NCBI GenBank assembly: GCA_963830915.1
Contig: CAWHOE010000006.1
Location: forward strand, 256,001-320,000
Direction of reading: 5' to 3'
Origin: a candidate division FCPU426 bacterium
GTDB taxonomy: Bacteria > Oederibacteriota > Muellerivitia > Muellerivitales > Muellerivitaceae
DNA length: 64,000 nt
Position numbers and translations under genes: made by a program
Part shown: positions 40,996 to 52,200 of the stretch, one piece after another
Position numbering within the stretch: position 1 is the first letter of the stretch
How the letters are laid out: each line of letters opens with the position of its first letter
Notes under the pieces: generated by a model
What the model was told of the DNA's origin: nothing
Database searches by the model: none
The model's input: the letters and a program-made list of their open reading frames with translations, nothing else

Positions 40996-43900
40996 TACGG
41001 AAACCGGAACAGGGGTCAAGGTGGGCGTCTCGGTGGATGATTGGGTGGAAGTCGGGCTAAAGGTAGGGGTTGGGGTGGCTTGGCTTATGATGGCTTGAAG
41101 GTTCGGAATAATATTGTTAAAGGCGACAGCCTGGCCATTGGTCCCGCTTGTTCCCCCTAAACTGGCAAAGTAAGTTCCTGTGGCGGTCGAAGTAAATCCG
41201 GTAAGGATGTCATAAACCACCGATCCGTGGGCCGGGATGACGTCGTTAAAATTAAAGGTCGCGATGATCCCGGCGATCGTCGCGGTCGCGATGACCGCGC
41301 CGTTCTTCTCCAGCACCAATGAGGTGATGTTCGAGAAAAGGTTGTTCGTTTCAGTGACCGCCAAGCTGGTCATGGTGACCGGACCGGCGCTGGGGTTGGT
41401 GAATTCGGGCTCGGAGATCGTGACACCGGAAGCCCCGCTTAATTCTACAAGAGTGGTAGGAGGAGCGGATGGGCCCTGGCTTCCCAAGACCGTAATCTGG
41501 GTAGGCGTGGGCGTATTGGTCCAAGTGAAGGTAGGGGTGTTGGTCCAGGTGAAAGTATTGGTTCCCGTAGAGGTCTGGGTGGGCGTTCCTGTGGTAGTGA
41601 ACGTATCGGTCATGGTCATTGTATTGGTCAGAGTCGAAGTGACCGTAGGGGTCAGGGTCAATGTGGGCGTGAAAGTCAGGATCGGGGATAAGGTAGATGT
41701 TGAAGTGAAAGTCATCGTTGCCGTGGAGGTCGGGGTGCGCGTAAAGGTTCCCGTGGCCGAATTCGTCGGGGTTAAGGTTATAGTCGGCGTAACCGAAGGC
41801 GTAGCGGTGAGGGATGCCGTAGGCGTCATCGAATCCGTCGGTGTAAAAGTGATCGTGGAACTGTAAGTATTGGTGGGTGAGAACTGCATCGTATCGGTCG
41901 ATGTCGCGGTAGCGGTATTGGTGGATGTTTTGGTGGACGTGTTCGTCCATGTACTGGTCGAGGAGTTCGTGGAAGAAGAGGTATTGGTCAAAGTTGGTGT
42001 AAAGGTCAGGGTCGGCGTCAAACTTGGGCTAGAAGTGGATGTATTCGTTTCCGTTAGCGTGAAGGTGGAGGTAATAAGAGGACTGTTGGTAGGGGTATTT
42101 GTTACCGTCGCCGTAAGAGTACGGGTCGAGGTGTTCGTGGGTGACGCCGAGAAAGTTGTGGTATTAGTTAAAGTTGGTGTTGCAGTTCGGGTTCCAGTAT
42201 TGGTAGCTGTGCTCGTGAAAGTGGATGTGTTAGTAGTCGTTAATGTAGGTGTAAGGGTCGCGGTTTCGGTCGGAGTTTTGGTCGGTGTCGACGTCGGACT
42301 GATCGTTAGGGTTGGTGTGGAAGTAAACGTAGGGGTCTTGGTAGATGTGGAAGTTGCGGTATTAGTAGGAGTATTCGTCGGTGTATTGGTTGGTGTGGAT
42401 ACGGTGATATCACCGTATAGAATGCCCCGACCGTTGCAGCCCAGATACATCCTCCCATAAACCAGCTCGTCCCCTGACGCGAAGTTGGGGGAACCAAATT
42501 GATGGTTGGCATCGTTCACTCTTACCCAAGTGGTCCCAATACCGTCATCACAACGGTAGAAACCATAAGTCCCGTTATAGGTCCCGACCATAAAGACCGC
42601 AGGATGGGTATATCCGCTGGCCGCTTTGCCGAAGCCAACACTCGAGGGGTTAGTGACATTGGCGATTTGGGTCGTGGTAACCGCGCCCAAGCCCACATTG
42701 GTAAATCGGTAGAGTCCCGTGCTGGTGGGCACCCAGACTTCCCCAGCGACACCAAAAACAGGCCTTGGACGACTATTCCAGTTCAGGGTTCCGCCGAAAG
42801 TGCCTGCCACAGAAAAGCTTGCGCCATAATTGGTGCTCACGTAAAGGTTCGTTCCTGAAACACCATAAATGATGGTCGCGCCCATCTTGTCGGAGGCTAC
42901 TTGGGCGCCGTTGGGCAATCCAGTACAGGTGGTCCAAGTCCCGCCCAGGGAGGAGGCGTAGGCCGGGGAGCCGTAACCATTGTAGGGACAGACCACCACA
43001 TGCATTCCATCGGTGGATATAGCCACTGAACTCATTTGGTTCGTCGTGCCATAACCCGGCGGAGCCGAACCCCAAGGAGTCCAGGACTGGCCGTTGTTGG
43101 TCGAATAGGCTACGTCGGACGTTACCGCCCCGCTATTACCCACCCGCACCACATCATTGGTATTAAGTTCGGCGAAATCCACGCAATTGGTATTATTGTC
43201 GAAAGGGGTGCAATACATCCCCGCCGCTGGCGATTGGGTTATATTGGTGTGCCTCATTCCGCTGATATCGCCCATCGCACTGAAAAGGACCCCTCCCGCC
43301 ACTGAACTGGTGAGATGAAGGATGGCTGTTTCCTCCAAACCATAGTCGGTGAAGGTCCATGTCACACCGGCCGGTTGGGTCGCGGCGTTGATGTTGGTAC
43401 TGGACCAGATGCCACCACCGGTCGTGTAGATGGCGTTATTGGAATTGAAAGGGTCGATCTTGATATCACCCGCCCAACCAGCTCCCCCGTCGTTGGTACC
43501 ACAGAACCGGGTCCAGATGGCGCCATTGTTGTTGTAATTGGCGAAGGGTCCACCATTCCAACCGGTGCTCACGTTCCCAATGGTGGTCCAGGCTCCGCCC
43601 GCGTTCGTCGTACTTAGTATTTTATCGTTAGCTCCCCACCAATCAAGCGTAGAGACCACCACATGCTGGGCGTTTTGCTGGTCCACGCAGATTCCCCCGT
43701 AACCTCCACTGCCGCCCGGAGGGCCGCCCGCCGGAGTAACGTTGGCCCAAGCTAATGTTGAAGTGTTTAATTTCCATACTTGTCCATTCGTGATTCCGTT
43801 TGGCCCGTAACCGCCACTATCATAGTTGATCCATAAATTTCCATCAGTCCCGAGGGAAGCGTGCGGTGTGATCATATTGGTAGGACCACCCGGAACCACC

Positions 43901-44595
43901 GCCCAACTAGCGCCCGCGTTGGTGGACCGATAAAGACTGCTGTTGCCCGCGTTCATGGAATCCACACCCACAAAAATGGTCTCAGCCCCAGCACTAGGAT
44001 TCCCACCAGGCAGGAATATCTCATAACTGATCCCATAACCCGCGTCCCCATTGGTCGGGAAAGTCGTTACCTGGGTCCAGCTGGCCGCCGAATTGGTGCT
44101 TTTCCACAGACCATTACTGCGGGATCCGAAATAGAGGATGGTCACCGCGTTTGGGTCTACCACTAAACGTTCACCCGCGTTCCGACCATCGTTGTTGCCA
44201 CCCACCGGCACCGGAAGGGCGTATTGGGTCCAACTGGACCCTTGATTGGTGGAGGCGAGAACGTAACCATTCCCCCCGCTGTAAGTCTGACCGATCGCCG
44301 CGTAGACGTTATTTGCGTTTACTGGATCCGGCGCAATACTTTCAATGCCGTATAAATTCCAATCGCTCAAGAAATCGGTGAGAGGCACCCAAACACTGTT
44401 GGTGTTGTCCCAGCGATAGGCTCCCCCCATGTCGGTACGCATATAAATAAGATTCTGGGATACTGGACTGTAAACGATGCCGGATACATAGCCCCCGGCG
44501 GGAACAACAACATTTTTCCATGTGTATTGAGCAAATGCTGGGACACACCAACCCAAGAGTAAAAGAAAAGGAATTATTTTTTTATGTAACTTCAT
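40726..44595 (-). CDS. GH74 xyloglucanase + Thr stalk + beta-sandwich domain + conserved tail
   Basis: YTWKNV...[57 protein letters not shown]. Confidence 0.93.
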   Translation of the reverse strand: MKLHKKIIPFLLLLGWCVPAFAQYTWKNVVVPAGGYVSGIVYSPVSQNLIYMRTDMGGAYRWDNTNSVWVPLTDFLSDWNLYGIESIAPDPVNANNVYAAIGQTYSGGNGYVLASTNQGSSWTQYALPVPVGGNNDGRNAGERLVVDPNAVTILYFGSRSNGLWKSTNSAASWTQVTTFPTNGDAGYGISYEIFLPGGNPSAGAETIFVGVDSMNAGNSSLYRSTNAGASWAVVPGGPTNMITPHASLGTDGNLWINYDSGGYGPNGITNGQVWKLNTSTLAWANVTPAGGPPGGSGGYGGICVDQQNAQHVVVSTLDWWGANDKILSTTNAGGAWTTIGNVSTGWNGGPFANYNNNGAIWTRFCGTNDGGAGWAGDIKIDPFNSNNAIYTTGGGIWSSTNINAATQPAGVTWTFTDYGLEETAILHLTSSVAGGVLFSAMGDISGMRHTNITQSPAAGMYCTPFDNNTNCVDFAELNTNDVVRVGNSGAVTSDVAYSTNNGQSWTPWGSAPPGYGTTNQMSSVAISTDGMHVVVCPYNGYGSPAYASSLGGTWTTCTGLPNGAQVASDKMGATIIYGVSGTNLYVSTNYGASFSVAGTFGGTLNWNSRPRPVFGVAGEVWVPTSTGLYRFTNVGLGAVTTTQIANVTNPSSVGFGKAASGYTHPAVFMVGTYNGTYGFYRCDDGIGTTWVRVNDANHQFGSPNFASGDELVYGRMYLGCNGRGILYGDITVSTPTNTPTNTPTNTATSTSTKTPTFTSTPTLTISPTSTPTKTPTETATLTPTLTTTNTSTFTSTATNTGTRTATPTLTNTTTFSASPTNTSTRTLTATVTNTPTNSPLITSTFTLTETNTSTSSPSLTPTLTFTPTLTNTSSSTNSSTSTWTNTSTKTSTNTATATSTDTMQFSPTNTYSSTITFTPTDSMTPTASLTATPSVTPTITLTPTNSATGTFTRTPTSTATMTFTSTSTLSPILTFTPTLTLTPTVTSTLTNTMTMTDTFTTTGTPTQTSTGTNTFTWTNTPTFTWTNTPTPTQITVLGSQGPSAPPTTLVELSGASGVTISEPEFTNPSAGPVTMTSLAVTETNNLFSNITSLVLEKNGAVIATATIAGIIATFNFNDVIPAHGSVVYDILTGFTSTATGTYFASLGGTSGTNGQAVAFNNIIPNLQAIISQATPTPTFSPTSTQSSTETPTLTPVPVSVPVVYPNPADGTEPVRLRPPAYLGFSDVKVRIFTLAFRKVQDNTYPQVPAGVDVPISLMDKWGKPLASGLYYVVVNTSQGRTIAKFLILR
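41497..42400 (-). repeat. Thr/Ser-alternating stalk 4 (~300 aa)
   Basis: (T-x)n pattern; boundaries approximate. Confidence 0.9.
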
Positions 44596-44608
44596 CTCTT
44601 TATAACCC

Positions 44609-44624
44609 TGTAAAATCGTTTTCA
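44609..44624. promoter_or_regulatory. LacI-like operator upstream of GH74
   Basis: TGTAAAATCGTTTTCA (reverse complement TGAAAACGATTTTACA), ~14 nt before ATG. Confidence 0.55.
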
Positions 44625-44962
44625 GGAAGCGGTATAACTACAAAAACCAATAACCTTTCATTGGTTAAAATCACTCAAGAAAGTTTACCGCAGACATTAA
44701 AAACAATGTTCATTCACGCATACTTTTGCTAGCAATTTCAAACGATAAAACACCCTGGTTGGACGTTTCATTCACAATTTCTTTAATAAGTCCCCATCCA
44801 AAAAACTTCTCATCTCAGAAAACTCCTGAGACTTAGAGCCTCATGAGCGAAAATATATTCCATACAATTTTTTATCGTTAATTTTAGACAGGTTAATTGC
44901 CCTGGAAACTAAACAGACATTAACCAATTGAATGGATTTGTTCTAATGGATAATCTGAAAGA

Positions 44963-45232
44963 TTAGCGAAGGAGCAACAATTTGCCGATCGAACGCCCTC
45001 TGTTCGTTGAAACAACCACGTAATAAAGACCGCTGGCCATTGGTTTTCCCCACTTGTCGTTAAGCAGTAGGGGAATATCCTGACCCGCTGGGACTGAGTG
45101 GTAGAACTTCTCTTGCACTTTGCGGAAAGCGACAGTGAAAACTTGGATCTTCACATCGGAAATTCCGAAATAAGCGGATGGATGGATGCTAACCGGCCCG
45201 CTTCCATCGCTCGGATTCGGATAAAGGACTGG
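44963..45232 (-). repeat. Conserved C-terminal domain, copy 5
   Basis: [47 protein letters not shown]. Confidence 0.95.
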
Positions 45233-48200
45233 GAAAGGCTCGATCGGTGGCGTCATGGTCGGTGTGAACGTGAATGTCATCGACGGTGTCGGTGAAAAGG
45301 TCTGTGTTGGGCTCAAAGTTGGAGTCGGGGTCGCCTGGCTGACAACCGCTAACGTCCCAGGCACCGGCACCCCAGTGAAATTGACAGCTTCACCATTAGT
45401 GGCTGTAGCTCCACTCACGTTGAATTGATAGCTACCTGTGGCACCTGTTACGAAGGTCGTCGTGACGTCATAGACCGCGTTCGTATTGGCGACAACCGGG
45501 TTAGAAATGTTAAATACTGCTGTGTTACCCGTGAAAGTCGTTGTGGCCAGCGGGATTCCACTCCTTGATAGAACGACCAAGGAGATGTCCGAGGACGGAC
45601 TCCCTGACTCGGTAATAGTCACGGCGTTCATTGTGAAATTGGTTGTACTCGGGTTGTTGAACTGAACCTCATCAACAGTGACCCCTGAAGAGCCGCTAAG
45701 AACAGAGATGGTAGACGGCGGCGCGCCAGGACCTTCACTACCCGAGGATGTAACCGGAGTGAAAGTCGGTGTATTAGTCCAGGTAAAGGTCGCAGTATTG
45801 GTAAAGGTGAATGTAAAAGTTCCCGTAAATGTCTTGGTAGACGTGTTAGTAGCCGTAAAGGTGTTGGTCCAAGTTGCGGTATTGGTCGGTGACATGGTCA
45901 TCGTAGGTGTGTAAGTCATGGTCGGGGTATAGGTGAGGGTAGCAGTCATAGTGGACGTGGATGTTCCCGTATTGGTAGCAGTGGCGGTTGGGGTTCTGGT
46001 TTGAGTCGCGGTGGATGTACTTGTAGGTGTGAAGGTCAAAGTTGGAGAAAGTGTATAAGTTGGGGTGAAGCTTTCTGTAGCGGTAAAGGTGGACGTATGG
46101 GTGTCGGTTTGAGTCGCAGAATTGGTAGGAGTGGAAGAAGAAGTCGGCGATAAAGTTTCCGTCGGCGTATAGGTAATGGTTGGGCTGAAAGTATCCGTGG
46201 GAGAGAACTGTAATGTATCTGTCGAGGTGGCGGTCGCAGTACTGGTGTAAGTTTTGGTGGGAGTGTCGGTATAAGTACTTGTTGGCGAGTTGGTGGCCGA
46301 AGACGTATAAGTTAACGTCGGGGTAAATGTAATGGTAGGTGATAAAGTTGGGCTAGAAGTAGCTGTATTTGTCCCGGTGAGTGTAAATGTTGATGTGATG
46401 AGCGGCGTGATAGTAGGCGTGAATGTAATAGTTGCCGTAGCTGTACGTGTGGAGGTATTTGTCGACGAAGCTGTAAAAGTTCCGGTAGCCGTAGGAGTTA
46501 AGGTAGAAGTGCGTGTACCGGTATTGGTAGCGGTATTGGTGAACGTTGAAGTTATTGCCGCTGTAGGTGTAGATGTGTTTGTGGCCGTTGCGGTAATAGT
46601 ATAAGTCGCAGTTAACGTAGATGTAGATGTGGCGGTTTTGGTTGGCGTGACTGTTGCTGAAGCGGTAGCTGTATTTGTGAATGTATTGGTAACCGCTGGG
46701 GTAGCCGTAGGGGTAGATGTCGGTTGGAAAATAGGCGTGGCCGTAGGAGGAGGTGTTGCCGTCATAACGGTTACAGGGGTTTGGGTGGCTGTCGCATTCA
46801 CGAAATTGATGCAAACCTGATCAATGTGGAAACCAAATGTGGACGGAGCCTGATTAGTCTGCCATTGCAGAGAGGTTACGTTTTGTAACGCAACATCCTC
46901 AGTGTAAGAAACCCCGCCACTGACCGGCGGACAACTCCCCGCTCCCCAATTCTGGCATTGGATGCTAGCGCGAGGGACGATAAATTGCTGCCAGGTATTG
47001 GCAGCCGTGATCACGCAATTATACCCGTATTGGTTACTATTCCCCCCACCCGTAACATCAATTGCCGGATTATAGAAGTTCAAACGCAAGGTGCATGCGG
47101 CCGTAGCTTGGGCGTAAAATGAAATTTGACTCATGTAATTTGGCGCAGTGAGATTTTTATATCCACCTGTCATGGTCGCAGGACCAAGTTCGGTAGCAAG
47201 CGAGAACCCTGCGTAAACAGTTTCGGATTGGCTCGTAGTGCCGGTGGGCGGATAAACGACCATCGTAGTGCCACCATTGATGGAATACCAACCGGTGACC
47301 TTAGCAGAATAATACGACCCATTGGCTCCCATTGAACTATCAACGATATAAGCAGCGTTCGAGACACCAGCTAATTGGGGTGTACCGACCGGCGTGCTAT
47401 TCACGCTTGCGTATGCAAAGGTAAACCAATAGCCATCCGTGGCATTCAACGATGAGTCATTTTCCAGGTCAGACAACATGAAACAAGCCTGAGGAATGGG
47501 TGTTGGAGTTGCTGTACAAACACTAGGCGCACAAGGATTGACGCCACAGACCAAATCCTCGAAGTTTCCGCTACCAATCAAAGCACCCCACATACAAAGA
47601 CTATCCTGGAAATAAGTGAATGTTCCTTGGCTCCCGAAGCCATGCCCGGTGGCGTTAGTGATCATGTTCCACATGGTATCCGCGTCAGTCTGGTTGCCCA
47701 AAACCATTTCAGACACCAATGCCCCACCCACTTGCAAGCCTGATGTATTGGATCCGCTAGGCGCACCGCTTTGTATGTTCCAATATTCCTCGATCTCATT
47801 CCCAACGGCAGTTCCGCCTGTAACCGCCGTGTTTATGGAGGTCGCCATTTTCCCAACGAAACTCAGGGCTCCCGAAGAACCATTCCAAAGGTAATCAAGA
47901 CCAACACGGATGGGATACCGCGAAGCGTCATAACCCATACTCATGGTATTCTCGGTTGCTCCCGTCCCATTAGGATTGGCCGTATCAGGCATGAATCCGG
48001 TGGGATAAGTATTATAAAGAGAAGAGAAATAATCGTTATAAACCCAAGTGACGACATTGTTCCAATAATGGGTTGACACACTATCCTTACCTTGCCAGCA
48101 ACGATACCAAGCCGGTTCCATATAGCTGGAATAGTAGGGGTATTGATAAGCGTCACCGGAATAAACCCGATAGTCGGTATTGCCGATTTCAGTGTTATAG

Positions 48201-48760
48201 ATCCCGTTCGCCATCAATTGGAACGTATTTTTAAAATTATAACCCGATATAGCCGAACCCCACTGGGCGTCAGCCATCAACATGGCCTCGCACATATCCT
48301 CGTCAGCGTCAGTAGCGGAATTGCCGTTACAGCCAGAGCCTCCGGGGCAGGTCCAATTCATTAGGTTATTGTTGTCTTTGTAGTTGCTGTAATAATTGTA
48401 AAGACCTTCCATGAGGGTCAGATCGCCCATCTCGCAAGCGAATAACATTCCATAACCAATACCCTCGGAAACAGTATCATTGCCATTGGCGCTACCCCGA
48501 GAAACTCGAAGACAACCCGAACAACCACCATTGACTACCGCGCCTGCGTACCATTGATTGTACATTGTGGAAACGGCCGCATTCAAAGTAGCCTGGGAAT
48601 AAACAGCCGTATTCAACATGGTTCCATGGGGATATGTGACTTGATGAGGAAATGGATATTTGGGTGCGCCAGAGTTGATGTTCTGAGCGAAAAGATTTCC
48701 CCCAGTTAATAGAAACATGAACAAAAGAGTAATGGAGATTTTTTTAAAATGGATTTTCAA
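44963..48760 (-). CDS. GH8 glycoside hydrolase + CIA30/CBM-like + Thr stalk + beta-sandwich domain + conserved tail
   Basis: TVSEGIGYGML, LMNW, SATDADED, YDASR.P.R; TTG start. Confidence 0.9.
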   Translation of the reverse strand: MKIHFKKISITLLFMFLLTGGNLFAQNINSGAPKYPFPHQVTYPHGTMLNTAVYSQATLNAAVSTMYNQWYAGAVVNGGCSGCLRVSRGSANGNDTVSEGIGYGMLFACEMGDLTLMEGLYNYYSNYKDNNNLMNWTCPGGSGCNGNSATDADEDMCEAMLMADAQWGSAISGYNFKNTFQLMANGIYNTEIGNTDYRVYSGDAYQYPYYSSYMEPAWYRCWQGKDSVSTHYWNNVVTWVYNDYFSSLYNTYPTGFMPDTANPNGTGATENTMSMGYDASRYPIRVGLDYLWNGSSGALSFVGKMATSINTAVTGGTAVGNEIEEYWNIQSGAPSGSNTSGLQVGGALVSEMVLGNQTDADTMWNMITNATGHGFGSQGTFTYFQDSLCMWGALIGSGNFEDLVCGVNPCAPSVCTATPTPIPQACFMLSDLENDSSLNATDGYWFTFAYASVNSTPVGTPQLAGVSNAAYIVDSSMGANGSYYSAKVTGWYSINGGTTMVVYPPTGTTSQSETVYAGFSLATELGPATMTGGYKNLTAPNYMSQISFYAQATAACTLRLNFYNPAIDVTGGGNSNQYGYNCVITAANTWQQFIVPRASIQCQNWGAGSCPPVSGGVSYTEDVALQNVTSLQWQTNQAPSTFGFHIDQVCINFVNATATQTPVTVMTATPPPTATPIFQPTSTPTATPAVTNTFTNTATASATVTPTKTATSTSTLTATYTITATATNTSTPTAAITSTFTNTATNTGTRTSTLTPTATGTFTASSTNTSTRTATATITFTPTITPLITSTFTLTGTNTATSSPTLSPTITFTPTLTYTSSATNSPTSTYTDTPTKTYTSTATATSTDTLQFSPTDTFSPTITYTPTETLSPTSSSTPTNSATQTDTHTSTFTATESFTPTYTLSPTLTFTPTSTSTATQTRTPTATATNTGTSTSTMTATLTYTPTMTYTPTMTMSPTNTATWTNTFTATNTSTKTFTGTFTFTFTNTATFTWTNTPTFTPVTSSGSEGPGAPPSTISVLSGSSGVTVDEVQFNNPSTTNFTMNAVTITESGSPSSDISLVVLSRSGIPLATTTFTGNTAVFNISNPVVANTNAVYDVTTTFVTGATGSYQFNVSGATATNGEAVNFTGVPVPGTLAVVSQATPTPTLSPTQTFSPTPSMTFTFTPTMTPPIEPFPVLYPNPSDGSGPVSIHPSAYFGISDVKIQVFTVAFRKVQEKFYHSVPAGQDIPLLLNDKWGKPMASGLYYVVVSTNRGRSIGKLLLLR
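45755..46797 (-). repeat. Thr/Ser-alternating stalk 5 (~345 aa)
   Basis: (T-x)n pattern; boundaries approximate. Confidence 0.9.
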
Positions 48761-49004
48761 TGTTCTCTCGTATCGTTTTTTTATATTTCAAATAATTCTA
48801 TCCGGGGAGAAAAGCCTACGCCCGGGATAGGAGTCTGTAAACAGCAATTTCCATACCCTTTTCATCAAAATAGTTTACCGATAAACACTTTCGCTTCCTA
48901 AATAAGGGTTTTCCCTTATATCTCGATCTCCCTGTCAATTGTCAGTATTCGGTTATAAACCGTCCAAAATTCTGACAAAAACATCGGGTTATTGAAACCC
49001 GTTC

Positions 49005-49268
49005 TCACCGTAATAAAAGGAGTTTAAGGATCGATTTTCCATAAATCCCATTGATCACCACATAGTAAGGTCCGCTGGAAAGAGCAATTCCCTTTTTGTC
49101 GATCAATTCCAAACTTATTTCCAATCCAGGTGTTTCAAAGTAAGTCTTGTCTTGTACCTTTCTGAAAGCTGTCGTAAATATCTGGACCTTAACATTCCCG
49201 GAAAATGTGTATGGAAAATGGATCTTTACCGGGTTCTTCCCATCCGTTGGGTTTGGATAGACCACAGG
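49005..49268 (-). repeat. Conserved C-terminal domain, copy 6 (divergent)
   Basis: PVVYPNPTDG..IFTTAFRKVQ..DKKGIALSSGPYYVVI..KLLLLR* (87 aa). Confidence 0.9.
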
Positions 49269-52200
49269 AATAATACTTCCGGTAGGTGTGAGTGTTGGCA
49301 AAACGAACGTTGGAGTCATTGAAATGGTCGGAGTGTGGGTCAAAGTCCAGGTCGCCGTTGGAATGACAGCTGTGTTCGTTGAAGTTAAAGAAAAGGTTGG
49401 CGTAAAAGTGGCGGTCGTCGTAAAGGTCCGCGAGAATGTGAAAGAAGGGGTGAAAGATAACATTGGCGAAAAAGTATAAGTAGGCGTCCAAGTGGTCGTA
49501 AAGGTCTTGGTCCAAGTCGAAGTCGGCGTGAAAGAAAGGGTGGGGGGTAAGGTTCCTGTGGATGTGACCGTGAAGGAATAGGTCGATGTAGGTGTATAGG
49601 TTGATGTAGAAGTCATCGCGGGTGTTTCCGTAGCGGTCTCAGTTCTTGTTGCCGTTGCTGTTGAAGTCGCGGTATTGGACGCCGTGGAGGTTTCAGTCGG
49701 GATTCCCGTCTTAGTATTGGTGGCAGAAGTCGTCGCCGTCCAGGTCCATGTCGATGTTCCGGTGGGTGTATTCGTCGGCTGCGGTGTCAATGTCCCGGTA
49801 GGGGTTTTAGTCGGGGAAAATGTTGCCGTCGGTGTCATGGACCAAGTGAAGGTCGAGGTCGGCGTAAAAGTCAGGGTATTCGTCTTGGTATTGGTCATGG
49901 TGGCCGTAGCCGTACTGGTTTGAGTATTGGTCCAAGTCGAAGTATAGGAGGGCGTCGAGGTTGATGTGAACGTGTTTGTCCCTGTCGAACTATTAGTGGC
50001 GGTAAATGTCCAGGTTGCCGATGCTGTAGGGGTTTTGCTTGACGTTGGTGTTGGTGAAGAGGTTGGACTAAGCGTTGGCGTAATGGTAAAGGAATTTGTC
50101 GGGGTGGGAGTGGGCGGTATGATAGGGACTATAGCTATGGCCATGATCGTGGCTTTGTCTACTGACGCGGTTTCATCCAACTCCAGGGTACCGGACGTTA
50201 CAGTCACGGCGTAGGTTTGGTCGTAGGCGACGTTCTCACCCCCGGATTTCGCGAAAATATCCAAACCTGAAACGACTGCTGTTCCATTCAACACCACATT
50301 GAAGACCCTTTGCCCAGTATTGGTGTGGTTGGTCTCTGCCCACTTCAGGGTGACGTCATAAACCCGGTTGGGTAGGGTAAAGATATAAGTAACGCCCGTA
50401 TCTGCCCTCTCCGTCTCGTAAAGGGTTTGGTCCAGCGTATTGGATATCGGCCCAGCGCTGCTATAAGCGGTGCCAGCTGTGTATCCCCAACTACCCGAAA
50501 CATAAGCCTTGTCGGCCAACCAAGTGATACCCGAAGACCCACTCACATACTGGGGTCCAGCGCAATTCACATAAAGAGGTGTCGCGCTGGGTGTAAATGT
50601 GGCTGTAGGAAGTGTTCCAGTAGCGGTAAAGGTTGCTGTGGGAGTTGCCGTAGGCGTCGGCGGTGGCTGGGTAGGCGTGTTGGTCGGTGTCACGGTCCAA
50701 GCCACGGTCGCGGTTGGAGTAGGCGGCGTTGTAATGCGTAAAACCTGGATGGCATTGACCTGGGATGTGTCTGTGGTCGAAGTGAAAACGATGTCCAATT
50801 GGCCGGTAGTGACCACCACGGTCGTAGGAACATCATAAGCGATATGCTCCCCGCCCGCGGCTGCATAAACATCCAAGCCAGTAATGACCGGTGTTCCCGC
50901 TGCTGTAACGCTGAACACTCTATCGCCCGCTTTGGTCCAATAGTTCTCGCAGAACTTGAACAACACCTGATAATAGCCATTGGGAACCGTGAAATGATAA
51001 ATGGGATTCCCCCATCTTTCAGTCTGATAAAGGGTCTGTTGATTGTTGGTTGTATTAGCGATGGTCTGTCCCGTGTACGTGGAAATACTTCCCGTAGTCG
51101 TCGCGTCATAACCCCAGCTTCCTGCCGTGAACTCTTGGTCGGCCAGCCAAGTTTGTGGAACACCATCCGCGTATTGAGGTCCGCCGTTATTTACCCGTAT
51201 AGTCAGGGGCGCGTAGGCGGATAGTGTTGGCGTTGGCGTGGGAGATGAATAGAGGTTATAGTCCAGAAAATTGTCCGACAGCATCAATAACGACATGACG
51301 GTCCAAGACTCATCGTAATAGGTACCTCCTACGAGAAGTTTTGAGCCCACTAGATCACTATAGGTATCGTCGATGTATTGCTGGTAAGTTCGGCTTACCA
51401 TCGCGCCCACACCCGCTGGCCCCACGAACGCCGCCGATTGAAAACCAGGATTCTGGGACACCTTCAAGGTAGGAAGTTGGGGATCCTTGGTTCCGTTCAA
51501 TTGATATCCATCCACAATGGAAACCGCCCCAATGGCCGAAAAAAAGTTACTGGTTTTGGTGGCGTAAGCTTGGGATGAGGCGGTCCCGAACCAAAGGTAA
51601 TCTTCCGTGGTACGGAAGGGTGTCCGGCATGCGTCATATTGGTAGTCCCAAGGCGAATTGTTGGTATCGGTCGATACTCCCGCACTTGTGCACCATGCCG
51701 AATCCAAACCGTTACTAGCGTTCCCATAACCTTGAGAAAGTTCACCGTTCAGAACGGTATAACAATTGGCTGCCACTGAAAGCCACCCATTATTCCCGGT
51801 CGTCGCTGCGAATTCCCGGTAATAACCCGGGGCGAAATAGGACGGATTGATCGGTGTAAATCCATCGCCTCCGTCCGGTATACCCCCATTCAATTCATGG
51901 GCATAGAGGGCGTTGATCTGGTTGATCGCCAAGGTCAAGTATGGCGTACCGAGGGTTCCGCTTCCTCCCCATTGTTTGGCGGCCATCAATAAACCCCAAG
52001 CCATGTCTTCGTCGGCGTCCGTGGCCGCACCAGACCCATCGGTGGCGCCTGACGCATCGATGTACCAATTCATGAGGCCGTTTCCATCCAAGTGAAGTTG
52101 TTCGTATTTCCAAAGGTTATCGAATAGATTTTCGTCATTCATATAGACCGCGATGACAAAACCATATCCAATCCCCTCGGAGACGGTGGAGTTGAGATTC

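Noticed and set aside
22290..50118. Repetitive G/T-rich DNA as CRISPR or tandem DNA repeat
   Set aside because: No fixed repeat-spacer structure and no cas genes; the repetition is at protein level with variable synonymous codons.
35048..50838. Val/Gly-rich plus-strand ORFs (e.g. 41237-41866, 41870-42460, 46332-46604, 49675-49923)
   Set aside because: Antisense shadows of the Thr-rich stalks; no RBS or independent domains.
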